Shown here: positions 1 to 9,170 of the stretch, one piece after another
Layout of the letters: the number at the start of each line of letters is the position of its first letter
Position numbering within the stretch: position 1 is the first letter of the stretch
Virus record (IMG/VR): IMGVR_UViG_3300014039_000036
Span: 1,904 to 65,903 of that record
Length of the DNA stretch: 64,000 bases
Direction: 5' to 3' (one strand)
Source: a virus
The notes under the pieces: model-generated
The model's database searches: none
The model's input: the letters and a program-made list of their open reading frames with translations, nothing else
What the model was told of the DNA's origin: nothing
Translations under genes and position numbers: made by a program

Positions 1-135
1 CTTGCGCAGAGGATGTACGATCTGTGCATGGAAATCTCTCCTGAGATATTCGGGATGATGGGTCCCAACTGCAAGGTCCTCGGATACTGCCCCGAGGCCA
101 AGGGATGCGGAAGGGTTCCGAGGAGGGAGCAACGA
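1..135 (+). CDS. thyX: Flavin-dependent thymidylate synthase ThyX, C-terminal end (partial)
   Basis: LAQRMYDLCMEISPEIFGMMGPNCKVLGYCPEAKGCG resembles the ThyX C-terminal P-x-C...G-x-C-P-E-x-x-x-C-G tail and lies near dUTPase. Ends at CGA 133-135 overlapping the next ATG (standard code: 195). Confidence 0.6.
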
Positions 136-518
136 TGGAGGTATCCCACCTCTCTCCTAAGCAGAAGACCCTCCTCGCCATGGACAAGCGTCTGAAGATA
201 GCGAAGCTCGTGGGCGCCAATCCGGAGGGCATGACCGTATCGGAGGTGGTCGCGAAGCTGGACATGACGGAGGCTCAGGTGAAGTACGCGATGAACAATC
301 TGATCTCCTTGGGCGAGGTGGAGGTCGTGTACCGCAGGACCGGCAGGGACGCAGGACGCGTCAAGGTCTCCAAGGCTCTGGAGGACAATCCCGACGGGCT
401 GACGATAGGCGACGTGACCGCCTGGACGGGTCTCACCAGGGAGCAGGCCGTCACGGTGCTGGACTCCATGAGATGCCACGGCGAAGCGACGGAGACATAT
501 CGGAAGGTGAAGGAATGA
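135..518 (+). CDS. Tandem HTH DNA-binding protein
   Basis: Two repeats of GxTxxEV(A)xxxxxTxxQ(V/A)xxxLxxL, an HTH-like pattern. Confidence 0.55.
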   Translation: MEVSHLSPKQKTLLAMDKRLKIAKLVGANPEGMTVSEVVAKLDMTEAQVKYAMNNLISLGEVEVVYRRTGRDAGRVKVSKALEDNPDGLTIGDVTAWTGLTREQAVTVLDSMRCHGEATETYRKVKE

Positions 519-925
519 TAAGCGAGTTCGGAGAGGACCTGATGCCCCGCAGGAGGAATCGGGGAGATGCGGGCTACGATGTATGCATGCCCGAGGATGC
601 GCACCTGGAACCGGGAGCCGTGCACGTGTTCGACACCGGGATCAGGCTGGAGGACGGGGACATCGCCGATGACGAGTTCCTCATGATGGTCCCGAGGTCC
701 AGCATGGGCTTCAGGTACGGCATGATGTTCTCCAATACCGTCGGGATCATCGATGCCCGCTTCCGCGACACGATGAAGATGAGCATCGTCGTGCAGAAGC
801 CCTGCGACCTCAGGAGAGGCGACCGCGTGGCGCAGCTCATCGTCTGCAGGTTCGGGACCATCCGCGGGGAGATCCCGCCCGAAGGCGAGAGGAACGGCGG
901 CATCGGGTCCACGGGAGTGAGACGA
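515..925 (+). CDS. dut: Trimeric dUTPase
   Basis: Motifs DAGYD, PRSS, NTVGIID, RVAQL, RNGGIGSTG. Ends GSTGVR then CGA 923-925 overlapping the next ATG (standard code: 979). Confidence 0.92.
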
Positions 926-1095
926 TGGCCGCGAAGACCGAGGAGGGCTGCGCGGGCTGCAAGGGCTGCGAATACCTGATGGTGGGCAAGTGGGCCCCGT
1001 GGTGCGCGTTCGCGGGGATGCCGTGCGCGTTCGTCCCGGAGGAGAGATGCACATGGAGGACTCTGGATGAGAGGGTACAAGCCGACACCCCGTGA
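925..1095 (+). CDS. Small Cys-rich protein (56 aa)
   Basis: MAAKTEEGCAGCKGCEYL...WCAFAGMPCAF; fills the gap between dut and the next gene; below the ORF-track cutoff. Confidence 0.5.
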   Translation: MAAKTEEGCAGCKGCEYLMVGKWAPWCAFAGMPCAFVPEERCTWRTLDERVQADTP

Positions 1096-1291
1096 CATCG
1101 CGGTGCTGGACGCTCTGAAGGCCGCAGGACCCGGCGGAGCCACCGCGAGGGAGCTGGGCCCCCTGCTTCCCGATATGGACTATGTCGAGATCGGGCTCGC
1201 CCTCCGCGCCCTGAGGGAGCGCGGGGAGGTGAAGCGCAGGATGTCGGGATTCGCCCGGTCCAGAGGGAACGCCCTGTGGGAGCTCGCCCGA
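1067..1291 (+). CDS. Winged-HTH protein
   Basis: GATARELG...LALRALRERGEVKRR...WELA; ends at CGA 1289-1291 (standard code: 1363, running into repeats and a promoter). Confidence 0.6.
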
Positions 1292-1305
1292 TCGCCGGTC
1301 GGATG

Positions 1306-1370
1306 CATCGAAACCTCTTCCATCGAACTCTTTTCATCGAACTTCTTTCAACAAACATCTTAAATATAAT
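1306..1370 (+). promoter_or_regulatory. Three CATCGAA direct repeats followed by a TATA-like box
   Basis: CATCGAA at 1306, 1321 and 1335; TTAAATA at 1360-1366, about 25 nt before ATG 1391. Confidence 0.5.
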
Positions 1371-1390
1371 TTCTGTATTACATTATATTG

Positions 1391-1576
1391 ATGACAACAC
1401 AGTTGGTATCATTCAGGCTGGACAAGGACGATAAGAGCGACCTCCAGGTCCTGTGCGATTCGCTCGGCATAGACGTGACCACGGCCTGCAGGCTGATGGT
1501 GAAGAAGTTCCTCGCCAGCGGAGGGGCGTCCATCCTCGTGCTGGATGCACCGAAGGACCACGGGACGGAAGCATGA
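1391..1576 (+). CDS. RelB/DinJ-like ribbon-helix-helix protein (orphan antitoxin-like)
   Basis: VSFRLDKDDKSDLQVLCDSLGIDVTTACRLMVKKF matches the RelB/DinJ pattern. Confidence 0.7.
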   Translation: MTTQLVSFRLDKDDKSDLQVLCDSLGIDVTTACRLMVKKFLASGGASILVLDAPKDHGTEA

Positions 1577-1857
1577 GCGGAGAGGCCATGGAGGACCTCT
1601 GGCGCATGGAGGAGTGGGCGAGGGAGATCGACCGCGAGAACCCGCTGCTGGCGAAGCTGGTGCGCGAGATGCGCGGACTCCTGGACGACTACAACTACTA
1701 CGTGTCGGGGGACACGGGAAGCGACAAGGCGGAGAAGGCATGGTCAGAGTTCAGATCGAGGTGGCTGTCGGGGAGCATGGAGAAGGTCCTGGAGGAGCTT
1801 CTCGTCTCGATGGAGCACTCGGTGCTGCACGGATGGAACAAGGAGAACAGATGGTGA
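1573..1857 (+). CDS. Hypothetical viral protein
   Basis: ATGA overlap with the previous gene; LLDDYNYYVSGD...EFRSRWL. Confidence 0.7.
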   Translation: MSGEAMEDLWRMEEWAREIDRENPLLAKLVREMRGLLDDYNYYVSGDTGSDKAEKAWSEFRSRWLSGSMEKVLEELLVSMEHSVLHGWNKENRW

Positions 1858-2090
1858 ATCGTATGAAGAACGGATTGGAAGACTGCACTGCATGGAAGGT
1901 GAACTGGTTCACGCGCAAGGGCGAGATGCCCGAGTCCGTGGGCTCGTATGCCACCAAGGAGGAGGCCGAGGCGGCCATGGCGAGGTTCGGAGAGCACACC
2001 GAAGGATTCGGGCAGATGTTCATGTACTACACATGCTGCCCCGGATGCGTCGAGACCGTCACGGGAGAGTTCGACCCGGAGGACTGCCGA
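1851..2090 (+). CDS. Hypothetical protein with CPGC...C cluster
   Basis: Ends at CGA 2088-2090, 2 nt before the next ATG (standard code: 2165). Confidence 0.55.
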
Positions 2091-2092
2091 AG

Positions 2093-2389
2093 ATGCCCAG
2101 GAAGCCTTCCAAGAAGAGGCCCGATGCGCTCGGGGCGTACTGGGCGGACATCGCGACCGACCTGATGGACGGAGGCCACGGGCTTCTCGTGACCTTCACA
2201 GACGGAACGGAGCTGAGGATTCCGCAGGGAGCCGTGAGACAGGTCTTCTATCGCGGGAAGGACGACCCGGACGCATGGCATGCGGGGAGGCTCTGGGTGC
2301 ATGACTCCTCCAAAGGGGTCACATCGGGGTTCCACCCTGCGGAAGTGGAGAGCATCATAGGAATAGACGAAGGAGACGAGAAGCAATGA
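2093..2389 (+). CDS. Hypothetical protein
   Basis: Globular-looking ORF; ATGA overlap with the next gene. Confidence 0.6.
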   Translation: MPRKPSKKRPDALGAYWADIATDLMDGGHGLLVTFTDGTELRIPQGAVRQVFYRGKDDPDAWHAGRLWVHDSSKGVTSGFHPAEVESIIGIDEGDEKQ

Positions 2390-2802
2390 TAACACGCGCA
2401 TGGACCGAGATGACGGAGGACGGGGAGCTGTGGATCTACCCCGTCACGGAGAACGACCAGACCCGTATGGAGATAAGGGCGGTGCTGAAGGATGCCACGG
2501 TCACGTGGAGCATCGCCCCTTCCGACGCCGGCCTTCTGGCGGAGATGCTCAGAGCGATATCCGAGAGGCCCGATCCCGGGGAGCCGCCCCTCCCCGCCGC
2601 TCCCGTGCAGAACGCCGCGGAGACTCCGCAGGGAGACCTCGCAGAGGCCTCTCAGGAGGCTCCTGCGGAGACCGAACCCGAAGTGAGGTTCGACTACCAG
2701 CAGAACAGATTCGTCCCTCAGGAGCCTCAGGAGGAGCCGGGAAAAGGATTCTCCGGCATCGGAGCGAAGCTGTCGAACGCGTTCTCCAAGCTGAGCGAGC
2801 GA
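2386..2802 (+). CDS. Hypothetical protein with Pro/Glu/Ala linker
   Basis: Ends at CGA 2800-2802, 1 nt before ATG 2804. Under the standard code it would overrun two genes to 3405. Confidence 0.65.
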
Positions 2803-2803
2803 G

Positions 2804-3235
2804 ATGGCCGACCGCAAGGGCAGGAAGGCGGACCGCACCGCCTCCGCCCTCTACCAGAGGCCCGTGTGGTACGACGGGTGGCTTCCCGATCTGATAGATC
2901 AGGAATGGCTGAAGGACATCCTCCTGGGCCGCGCGACGTTCAGTCCCGGATTCGAAGGGGATGCCGTCGGGGATGCACGGAAGCTGTATCTGAAGATGAT
3001 AGAGGCGGTCACGGACTGCATCTTTGTCACGGAGGACATCATGCTGAAGCCCGACTACGTCTCCGTGCCGTGCACGGAGGGCACTCTGTGGACCATCAGG
3101 GTGTTCCTCTATGCGGGGGATGTGAACCTGGGCGCGGTGGACGACCTGGAGGTGCAGGGCACCGTGATGAGGATCTACTCGGGATACATGGTGCTGACCG
3201 TGGGTGTGAAGGAGAGGAAGAATGGATCTCGATGA
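2804..3235 (+). CDS. Hypothetical protein
   Basis: Coherent ORF ending in tandem CGA-TGA (3230-3235). Confidence 0.65.
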   Translation: MADRKGRKADRTASALYQRPVWYDGWLPDLIDQEWLKDILLGRATFSPGFEGDAVGDARKLYLKMIEAVTDCIFVTEDIMLKPDYVSVPCTEGTLWTIRVFLYAGDVNLGAVDDLEVQGTVMRIYSGYMVLTVGVKERKNGSR

Positions 3236-3677
3236 TGTGGACAAGAGCAGGGGGTCCGATTGGGACTCCCTCAGAGGCATATGGCGCGGCATCTACAAGC
3301 GTTGCGACAACCCCTCCGCGAAGGACTACGCCCACTACGGCGCGAGGGGCATCAGGATGTGCGAGGAGTGGTACGACTTCGAGGTCTTCTACGAGTGGGC
3401 GATGACCCACGGGTACCGCAAGGGGCTCACCATCGACAGGGTGAACAACAACCAGGGCTACAGGCCCGGGAACTGCCGCTGGGTGACCCGCAAGGCGCAG
3501 GCCAACAACAGGACGACCGCGAGGATGTACACCATAGACGGCCATACCAAGTCCCTCACCCAGTGGTGCAGACTCTACGGCATCCCGACGTACGTCGCAT
3601 GCCACAGGATGAAGGACTATGGGTGGAGCGTGAAGGATGCCCTCACGACTCCTGTAGGAGAGAAGAGACAGGAGCGA
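3222..3677 (+). CDS. Free-standing HNH-like (homing) endonuclease
   Basis: W..I..RC.NP...Y..YGARGI..C.EW..F..F..WA...GY...LTIDRVNNNQGY.P.NCRWVT...QANN. CGA at 3675-3677 (standard code: 3713). Confidence 0.8.
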
Positions 3678-4079
3678 ACTCGCCCGATTGGACAATTACA
3701 GTTCGGCGGATAGGACGCTCGCCGATAGGCATCATGGTTCTCTAGCAACACACTCCCCGAGGCCCTTGCTGATTTCTCAGAGGTATGTATGGCTTTGAAT
3801 CCGTTCCCGTCTCTGTATTCTGCATCGTCGTTCTGGTATTTAACCTTACGAACAAGAGGATCTACGGCCCTCGGATCCGCCTGGATCTCCAACTCGCGAC
3901 GGATCCGAGGAACCTGCCCGGCAGGGGGTGAGATGATCTTTCCGATCCCCATCGAATATCGGAACGGCGGATTCCTTCGAGGGCCGTCATCCTGCCGCTC
4001 CATCGGATGAAGTTTCCGTATATATCGATTCACCTGCCCGGAACGATGTTCACCGAGCCTGCAGAGAATGAAAGGAAGC

Positions 4080-4159
4080 GCCCTCCCTTCCGGGAGGGCA
4101 GGACAGAAGGTAATGAAAATGAATACGCAACAGGGGGGTGAGAGGGGTCGCCCCCTCTC
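4080..4159 (-). terminator. Two GC hairpins downstream of MCP
   Basis: GCCCTCCC-TTCC-GGGAGGGC (4080-4099) and a GAGAGGGG...CCCCTCTC stem (4140-4159), each followed by pyrimidine-rich tracts on the minus strand. Confidence 0.6.
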
Positions 4160-4169
4160 GGTGTCGGGA

Positions 4170-5465
4170 TCAGGCGTCGTCGGCCAGACCCACGATCTTT
4201 CCGTGCTGGATGAAGGAGTCCACACGGGTCTCCATCCTCATGTGCAGCACGTTGCGCTCCCTGAGGGTCCTGGTGATAGCGGGGTTGTCCGCGGTGTACA
4301 GGCTGACAGGGGAGAGCATGGACATCCAGATGTGGTCCAGGTCGAGGAGCATGATGTTGCCCATCCTGGTGCTGGAGACGCGCTTCGTGGTGTAGTCGAA
4401 GTTGGCGTTTCCGGTCTGGATGATCGGGATGTTGTTGTAGCTCTTCAGAGTGAGGCCGGCGTCCCTTCCGGGGATGGTCTTCACTCCTCCGAAGTCCCTC
4501 TGGACATAGACGGTGTTGAGATACCTCTGGTTGGCTTCGAGCATGGCTCCGAGGACGTCGAGAGCGACGTTGGACATGAAGAAGACCTTGTTGTTGGGTG
4601 CTCCGGAGTCGGACCAGTTGACCTGGCAGGCCCTGTAGAGGTCCCTCATGTGCTCCATCTTGAGGACGGAGCCGGAGGCATCGACGATGTTGGAATCCAG
4701 GTTGGACGTTCCGGCGGACCTGAAGGCGTAGAAGTCTCCGTGGGTGGCGGTGCGTCCTCCGTAGGGGGAGACGTCCTCGGCGGTGAGGGTCGTGGTTCCG
4801 ACGGTCCTTCCGATCTCGGAGAATCCGGAGACGATCCTGTCCAGTCCGTTCAGGGAGGTCTCGACGCCGTTGAGCATGGGCTGCTTGACGCTGACGGGCC
4901 TCATGAGGGTCTTGTCCACGAGGTCGGAGTAGTTCCTGGAGATGAGGTCGAGGTAGTCCTTCTTGGAGACGACATCGTCCTTGTTCTCGACGGCCGCGAG
5001 GTACATTCCGTAGTCGAAGGACAGGGGCAGCTCCTTGGAGGGCTCCCTGAACTCGTTGACGGGCATGGCGACGGATCCGGGGATGTCTCCGTCGGGGAGG
5101 GTGGTGGCTCCGATTCCCACGAAGTCTCCCTCGGTCACTCCGAGAGCGGTGGCATCGGCGGCGGAGGCCAGTCCGTAGGTGGCGGCCTCGGTGGAGATAC
5201 GGACACCCTCGGTGGTGTAGGGACGTGCACCGAGAGCGGTGAACACGTTGTCGTTCATGAACATCGCGGCGGTGATGTACTTTCCGAAGATGGGGTTGAA
5301 GTACCCGTTGTTGCCGTCGCCGTATCCGGCGTGGCCCGCGGATTTCATGAACTTGCCGACGGCCGCGCCGTAGAAGTCCTCGATGAGGTCCTCCATGGCG
5401 TAGGGGGATTCGGGGTAGGTGGTACCCAGCTTCCCGTTCTGATTGATGAATTGTCCTGAACTCAT
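4170..5465 (-). CDS. Major capsid protein (HK97-fold)
   Basis: 431 aa; last gene of the terminase-portal-protease-scaffold cluster; strongly biased codon usage; followed by terminators. Confidence 0.8.
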   Translation of the reverse strand: MSSGQFINQNGKLGTTYPESPYAMEDLIEDFYGAAVGKFMKSAGHAGYGDGNNGYFNPIFGKYITAAMFMNDNVFTALGARPYTTEGVRISTEAATYGLASAADATALGVTEGDFVGIGATTLPDGDIPGSVAMPVNEFREPSKELPLSFDYGMYLAAVENKDDVVSKKDYLDLISRNYSDLVDKTLMRPVSVKQPMLNGVETSLNGLDRIVSGFSEIGRTVGTTTLTAEDVSPYGGRTATHGDFYAFRSAGTSNLDSNIVDASGSVLKMEHMRDLYRACQVNWSDSGAPNNKVFFMSNVALDVLGAMLEANQRYLNTVYVQRDFGGVKTIPGRDAGLTLKSYNNIPIIQTGNANFDYTTKRVSSTRMGNIMLLDLDHIWMSMLSPVSLYTADNPAITRTLRERNVLHMRMETRVDSFIQHGKIVGLADDA

Positions 5466-5474
5466 AGGATCGCC

Positions 5475-7337
5475 TTAGAAGTCGTCTTTTGCCTTAAAAA
5501 CGTTGTATCTCTCGATGTCGGCCAGGAGCATGTCCATGGGGTCCTTTCCGATCTTGAAGGTGTGGTCTTGGGATTTCGCGATGCTCTTGGCTCCGTATTC
5601 CGGAGTGGAGATATCGCCGTTGACGGAGCACAGCACGCCGGGGCGTCCGCTCTTGGCTATGGCGGACATCTCCTTGAACGTCATGATGTGCTTGCCGTTG
5701 TCCTGAGCGGTCTTGGCCACGGGAACGGTCACGGAGGACCTCTGTCCCGCACCCTCGCCGCGCTCCATCTGCGCGGAGGGCATCTCGACCTGCTTCGCGC
5801 TCCCCTCGTCGGAAGGCTCCTCTCCGGTGACCTCCTTGATAGGCTGAGCGGTGGCGATGGACGTCGGGTCCTGATGGCCCTTCTGCCCGGTTCCGATCTC
5901 CTTGGCGGGCGTGACCTCGTCGGCGGGGACGGAACCCTTCTCGGACGAGCCTCCGAAGTCGAAGTCCCTGATGCTTCTGGCGAGCCAGGAGTTGTCGGGG
6001 ACCATGGTGGACTTGGCGATGTCGCAGTCCACCTCTCCTTCGGGATGCATGATGGCATCCTCGTCCACGGCCTTGGCCGCGCGGTCGTTGTACTGCTTCG
6101 CGATGGCCTCGTGCCCGTCGTAGGGGTCGAGGCTCTTCAGCAGGAGACCGAGGTCCCCCTTGCCCTTCATGAGGTCGGAGATGCTCGGAACGGACTTGCT
6201 GAGGGTGTCCTCGGGGTCCTTGAGCAGACCGTCGTCGGCGTCTATCTTGGACGCTCCTTCTCCGAACAGCGCGTTGCTCGCGCCTTCGGAGCCTGCGCCG
6301 ATGGCGCCCGCATCCTTCTCGATGCCCACGGTGTCTCCGCACTCGGCGGACTTCTTGATGTCGTCGTCCCCGTCATCGACCTTCTCCTCGGAAGGCTCCT
6401 TCTCCGGGGACTCCTCCGCAGGAGGCTCGTCGGAACCCTCTGCGGGACCTGCCTCCGGTGCGGGCTCTCCCTCGTCTCCGAGGTCGGGGACCGCGTCCAC
6501 GGGGGGCTCCGCGGGAACAGGACCCTCTCCGCCTGCTCCGCCGTTGGCGAGAGCGTCGAACTCCGTCAGAAGCGACTTGATCTTGTCTCCCAGCTTGCCC
6601 AGGGAGGCGATCGATGCGCTGTCTCCGCGGTCCACCGCGGATGCGAGAGCATCCTTGAGACTGTTGTTGAACACGGTCGTGATGTCCCCTCCTCCGATGT
6701 CGGCCTCGGGACCCTCGACTCCTTCGAGTCCCGTCGCATCGGCGGGACCCGCCTCGGGGGCCGCGTTCTGCGGACCTCCCAGCCCGAGGGACGCCATCAG
6801 CTCGTTGAAGGCCGCGTCGTCGTCCTCGGTCCACTCATCGTCGTCGTCTTCCCCGTATCCCTCGTCGAGACCGTCGGCACCCTGCACGGGCGCGGCGGAA
6901 TCCCCTGCCGGAGCTCCGGCTTCGGGAGGCATCTCCGGCATCCCCGCTTCGGGACCCGGGGCCCCCTCTGCGGGGGGCATATCGGGAGGCAACTCCTCTT
7001 TGTCTGCCATTGCATCACCTGCCAAATCCATGCCGGTACCGTCGGACTCCCCGCCCGGCAGACCTTCAGGGGGCATGCCTCCGGCATCGGGTCCCATAGG
7101 AGCTCCTCCCATGGGGTCCATGCCGGGTGCACCGCCCGCATCCGCGGCTCCGGCGTTGGCGGCATCGACCGCGGCGTCGTCTCCGAGGATGGAAGGCACT
7201 ACCTGCGCGGTGCGCGACGCATCGGTCCTGATCTCGTTGAGGGCAGCCAGCATGGTGTCCAGCTTCTCGGAGATCGAGGCTTTCTCGATGCGTGCGGAGT
7301 CCTTGCAGAACTGCTCCCACGCTTCATCGGTGTCCAT
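5475..7337 (-). CDS. Capsid scaffolding protein (acidic, low complexity)
   Basis: 620 aa D/E/G/P/A-rich protein between protease and MCP; several xxK(S/A) motifs. Confidence 0.6.
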   Translation of the reverse strand: MDTDEAWEQFCKDSARIEKASISEKLDTMLAALNEIRTDASRTAQVVPSILGDDAAVDAANAGAADAGGAPGMDPMGGAPMGPDAGGMPPEGLPGGESDGTGMDLAGDAMADKEELPPDMPPAEGAPGPEAGMPEMPPEAGAPAGDSAAPVQGADGLDEGYGEDDDDEWTEDDDAAFNELMASLGLGGPQNAAPEAGPADATGLEGVEGPEADIGGGDITTVFNNSLKDALASAVDRGDSASIASLGKLGDKIKSLLTEFDALANGGAGGEGPVPAEPPVDAVPDLGDEGEPAPEAGPAEGSDEPPAEESPEKEPSEEKVDDGDDDIKKSAECGDTVGIEKDAGAIGAGSEGASNALFGEGASKIDADDGLLKDPEDTLSKSVPSISDLMKGKGDLGLLLKSLDPYDGHEAIAKQYNDRAAKAVDEDAIMHPEGEVDCDIAKSTMVPDNSWLARSIRDFDFGGSSEKGSVPADEVTPAKEIGTGQKGHQDPTSIATAQPIKEVTGEEPSDEGSAKQVEMPSAQMERGEGAGQRSSVTVPVAKTAQDNGKHIMTFKEMSAIAKSGRPGVLCSVNGDISTPEYGAKSIAKSQDHTFKIGKDPMDMLLADIERYNVFKAKDDF

Positions 7338-7370
7338 AGTGTACCTGGCTCTTGATAGCGTGCTTCGTTT

Positions 7371-7772
7371 TTATAATATATCCCCTGTCTTGCCGTCCCA
7401 GCCCTCCGGTGCGATGATTATACGCGCATCGACGAACAGCGGATAGCGTTCGAAGACGTCCTCTCCGTTCCTGTCCGTATAGCGCATGACGACATCCAGC
7501 CAGCCTGCGGGGCGGCCCCATACGAAGCCCTTCCTGCCGTCGAGGTCGCGGATGCCCATGCGCAGGAGCATCTCCTCCGACTCGTAGGTGTAGTCGGCCT
7601 CGTTCTCCACATAGGCCTCCTGGGCCTCCTCGGACGCCTCCTCGGGAAGGCTGTCGGGCATCATCGCGTATTCCGGGATGACGTCGACGAAGGTATCGAC
7701 GAACTCGTCCCAGCAGAAGCGGTTCCTGTAGAACCAGATGAGATCGTTATGCCGCTGTGAATCTCCATCCAT
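7371..7772 (-). CDS. Hypothetical head-module protein
   Basis: Start MDGDSQ at 7772; overlaps the protease stop. Confidence 0.6.
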   Translation of the reverse strand: MDGDSQRHNDLIWFYRNRFCWDEFVDTFVDVIPEYAMMPDSLPEEASEEAQEAYVENEADYTYESEEMLLRMGIRDLDGRKGFVWGRPAGWLDVVMRYTDRNGEDVFERYPLFVDARIIIAPEGWDGKTGDIL

Positions 7773-8748
7773 GTCCGTCCCTCTCCAGCAGACCCAGCCC
7801 GTAAAGGCGGTCGAACGTTCCGCGGTCCAGATCCAGCACCCTTCCGTCGGGCGTCGCCTGTCCTGCATCGTACGCCTTCCTGAACTCGTTCTCCAGCGTC
7901 TGTCCGCGGGGATACAGGAACGCCGTGCCGTTCTTCCACATGCCGACGGCGTCCAGGCTCTTCAGGAACGGTCTCGTGGATTCGAACATGCTCGACGATA
8001 TCCCCCCGACCTCCACGTGGTCGCTCCTGGCATGCGCCTCTATGCCTCTGTCGCGGAGGGCCTTCCTGAGGCCCAGCACGGGGCAGGTGGTGTAGTCGCG
8101 GTGGATCTCGTAGGAGTCCACGCCCAGCACCACGTCCTCCGAGGACTTCTTCAGACGCGCCTTCTCGTTGCACCACGTCATCTTGGCGTGCCTGTTGGAC
8201 GGCACCCTGCAGAGGGATATCTCCAGGAGCTGCCTGACGTCGCGCTTCACATAGCACCCCTTCTTGTCGCACTGGTAGCGGCCCTTTCCCGCCTCCCCCG
8301 CGATGCTGACGTTGTTGAACCCCTTGACGAAGGCCTGTCTCGCCGCGTCGTAGACCTCGTCCCCTCCGAAGACGTTCCCCCACATGCGGACCGCGGGCTT
8401 CCCCTCGACCTCGCACGGCTCCATATCCCAGCAGGCCCCGATGTTGTAGTTCCCGTGGTTGTCCTGCAGGTTGCCTCCGGCGCGGATGTAGTCGTCGGCG
8501 TGCTTCACGATGGACTCCACGTCGATGACCTCCCCGTCGTTGTCCACGTCCTCCACGGACGCTATGGCGCTGAAGGAGAAGCTGGACGGAAGGTCCTTGC
8601 ACGCCTTCCACGCCTTCTTGCGGGCATCCAGGACCTCCTTCTCGGTATGCGGGTCGGACTCGTTGTAGGCCTCCATCCATTTCTTCGAATCCTCGTCGTC
8701 CAGAGCCATCCTCACCTGGGTGGGCAGCTCCTCTATGCTCGTGTACAT
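7747..8748 (-). CDS. Prohead protease with N-terminal ChaB-like domain
   Basis: N-terminus YTSIEELP.QVR.AL.....KKWMEAYN...ARKKAWKACK (ChaB-like); then DxDGEVI, QDNH, NVSIAG, LEISLCRVPSN (HK97-type protease). Confidence 0.8.
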   Translation of the reverse strand: MYTSIEELPTQVRMALDDEDSKKWMEAYNESDPHTEKEVLDARKKAWKACKDLPSSFSFSAIASVEDVDNDGEVIDVESIVKHADDYIRAGGNLQDNHGNYNIGACWDMEPCEVEGKPAVRMWGNVFGGDEVYDAARQAFVKGFNNVSIAGEAGKGRYQCDKKGCYVKRDVRQLLEISLCRVPSNRHAKMTWCNEKARLKKSSEDVVLGVDSYEIHRDYTTCPVLGLRKALRDRGIEAHARSDHVEVGGISSSMFESTRPFLKSLDAVGMWKNGTAFLYPRGQTLENEFRKAYDAGQATPDGRVLDLDRGTFDRLYGLGLLERDGHGWRFTAA

Positions 8749-8750
8749 CT

Positions 8751-9170
8751 CTATGCCTCCGCTCTGAGACTGTATGTCTTATGCCCGGGCTTGCCGGTGC
8801 ATTCGATCTCGTGCATGACGTCCAGGGCCATCTGGACCTCGTATCTCGTGAACCCGGTGGCCTCCACGAGGGCCATCAGGGTGGACGGGCTCTGTATGGT
8901 GGAGCGGACCGCGTCCTTGCACTCCTCCGACACCGCGCACCATTTGGAGCCTATCTCCTCGTAGAGCAGGCGCTTCTCCTCGGGAGTCCCGTTGAGACGC
9001 ACCGCCGACGGAGCACGTTCCCACTCCACCAGGGGGGTGTCCACCGACGCTATGATGCTCTGCACCGATCTGGGGAGCATGTTGAGCCTCCACGCCAGCT
9101 CCCTGATGGTCACGAATCCCTCCTCTCCGCACAGTTCCTGCCACACCTTGAAATCGTTCCTGTTCATCAT
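8751..9170 (-). CDS. Double-HTH protein
   Basis: VTIRELAWRL... and TLMALVEATGFTRYEVQMAL. Ends TAG 8751-8753; if TAG is read through, an in-frame CGA follows at 8739-8741. Confidence 0.6.
   Translation of the reverse strand: MMNRNDFKVWQELCGEEGFVTIRELAWRLNMLPRSVQSIIASVDTPLVEWERAPSAVRLNGTPEEKRLLYEEIGSKWCAVSEECKDAVRSTIQSPSTLMALVEATGFTRYEVQMALDVMHEIECTGKPGHKTYSLRAEA

Noticed and set aside
2386-3405. 339-aa ORF
   Set aside because: The tail after CGA 2800 is a shadow of two real genes.
4078-4100. SRP RNA helix-8-like CCGGAAGG
   Set aside because: A simple GNRA hairpin without the SRP asymmetric loop; better explained as a terminator.
4068-7446. Long plus-strand ORFs opposite MCP and scaffold (and similar antisense ORFs across the window)
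   Set aside because: Typical antisense shadows of high-GC3 genes; no motifs.
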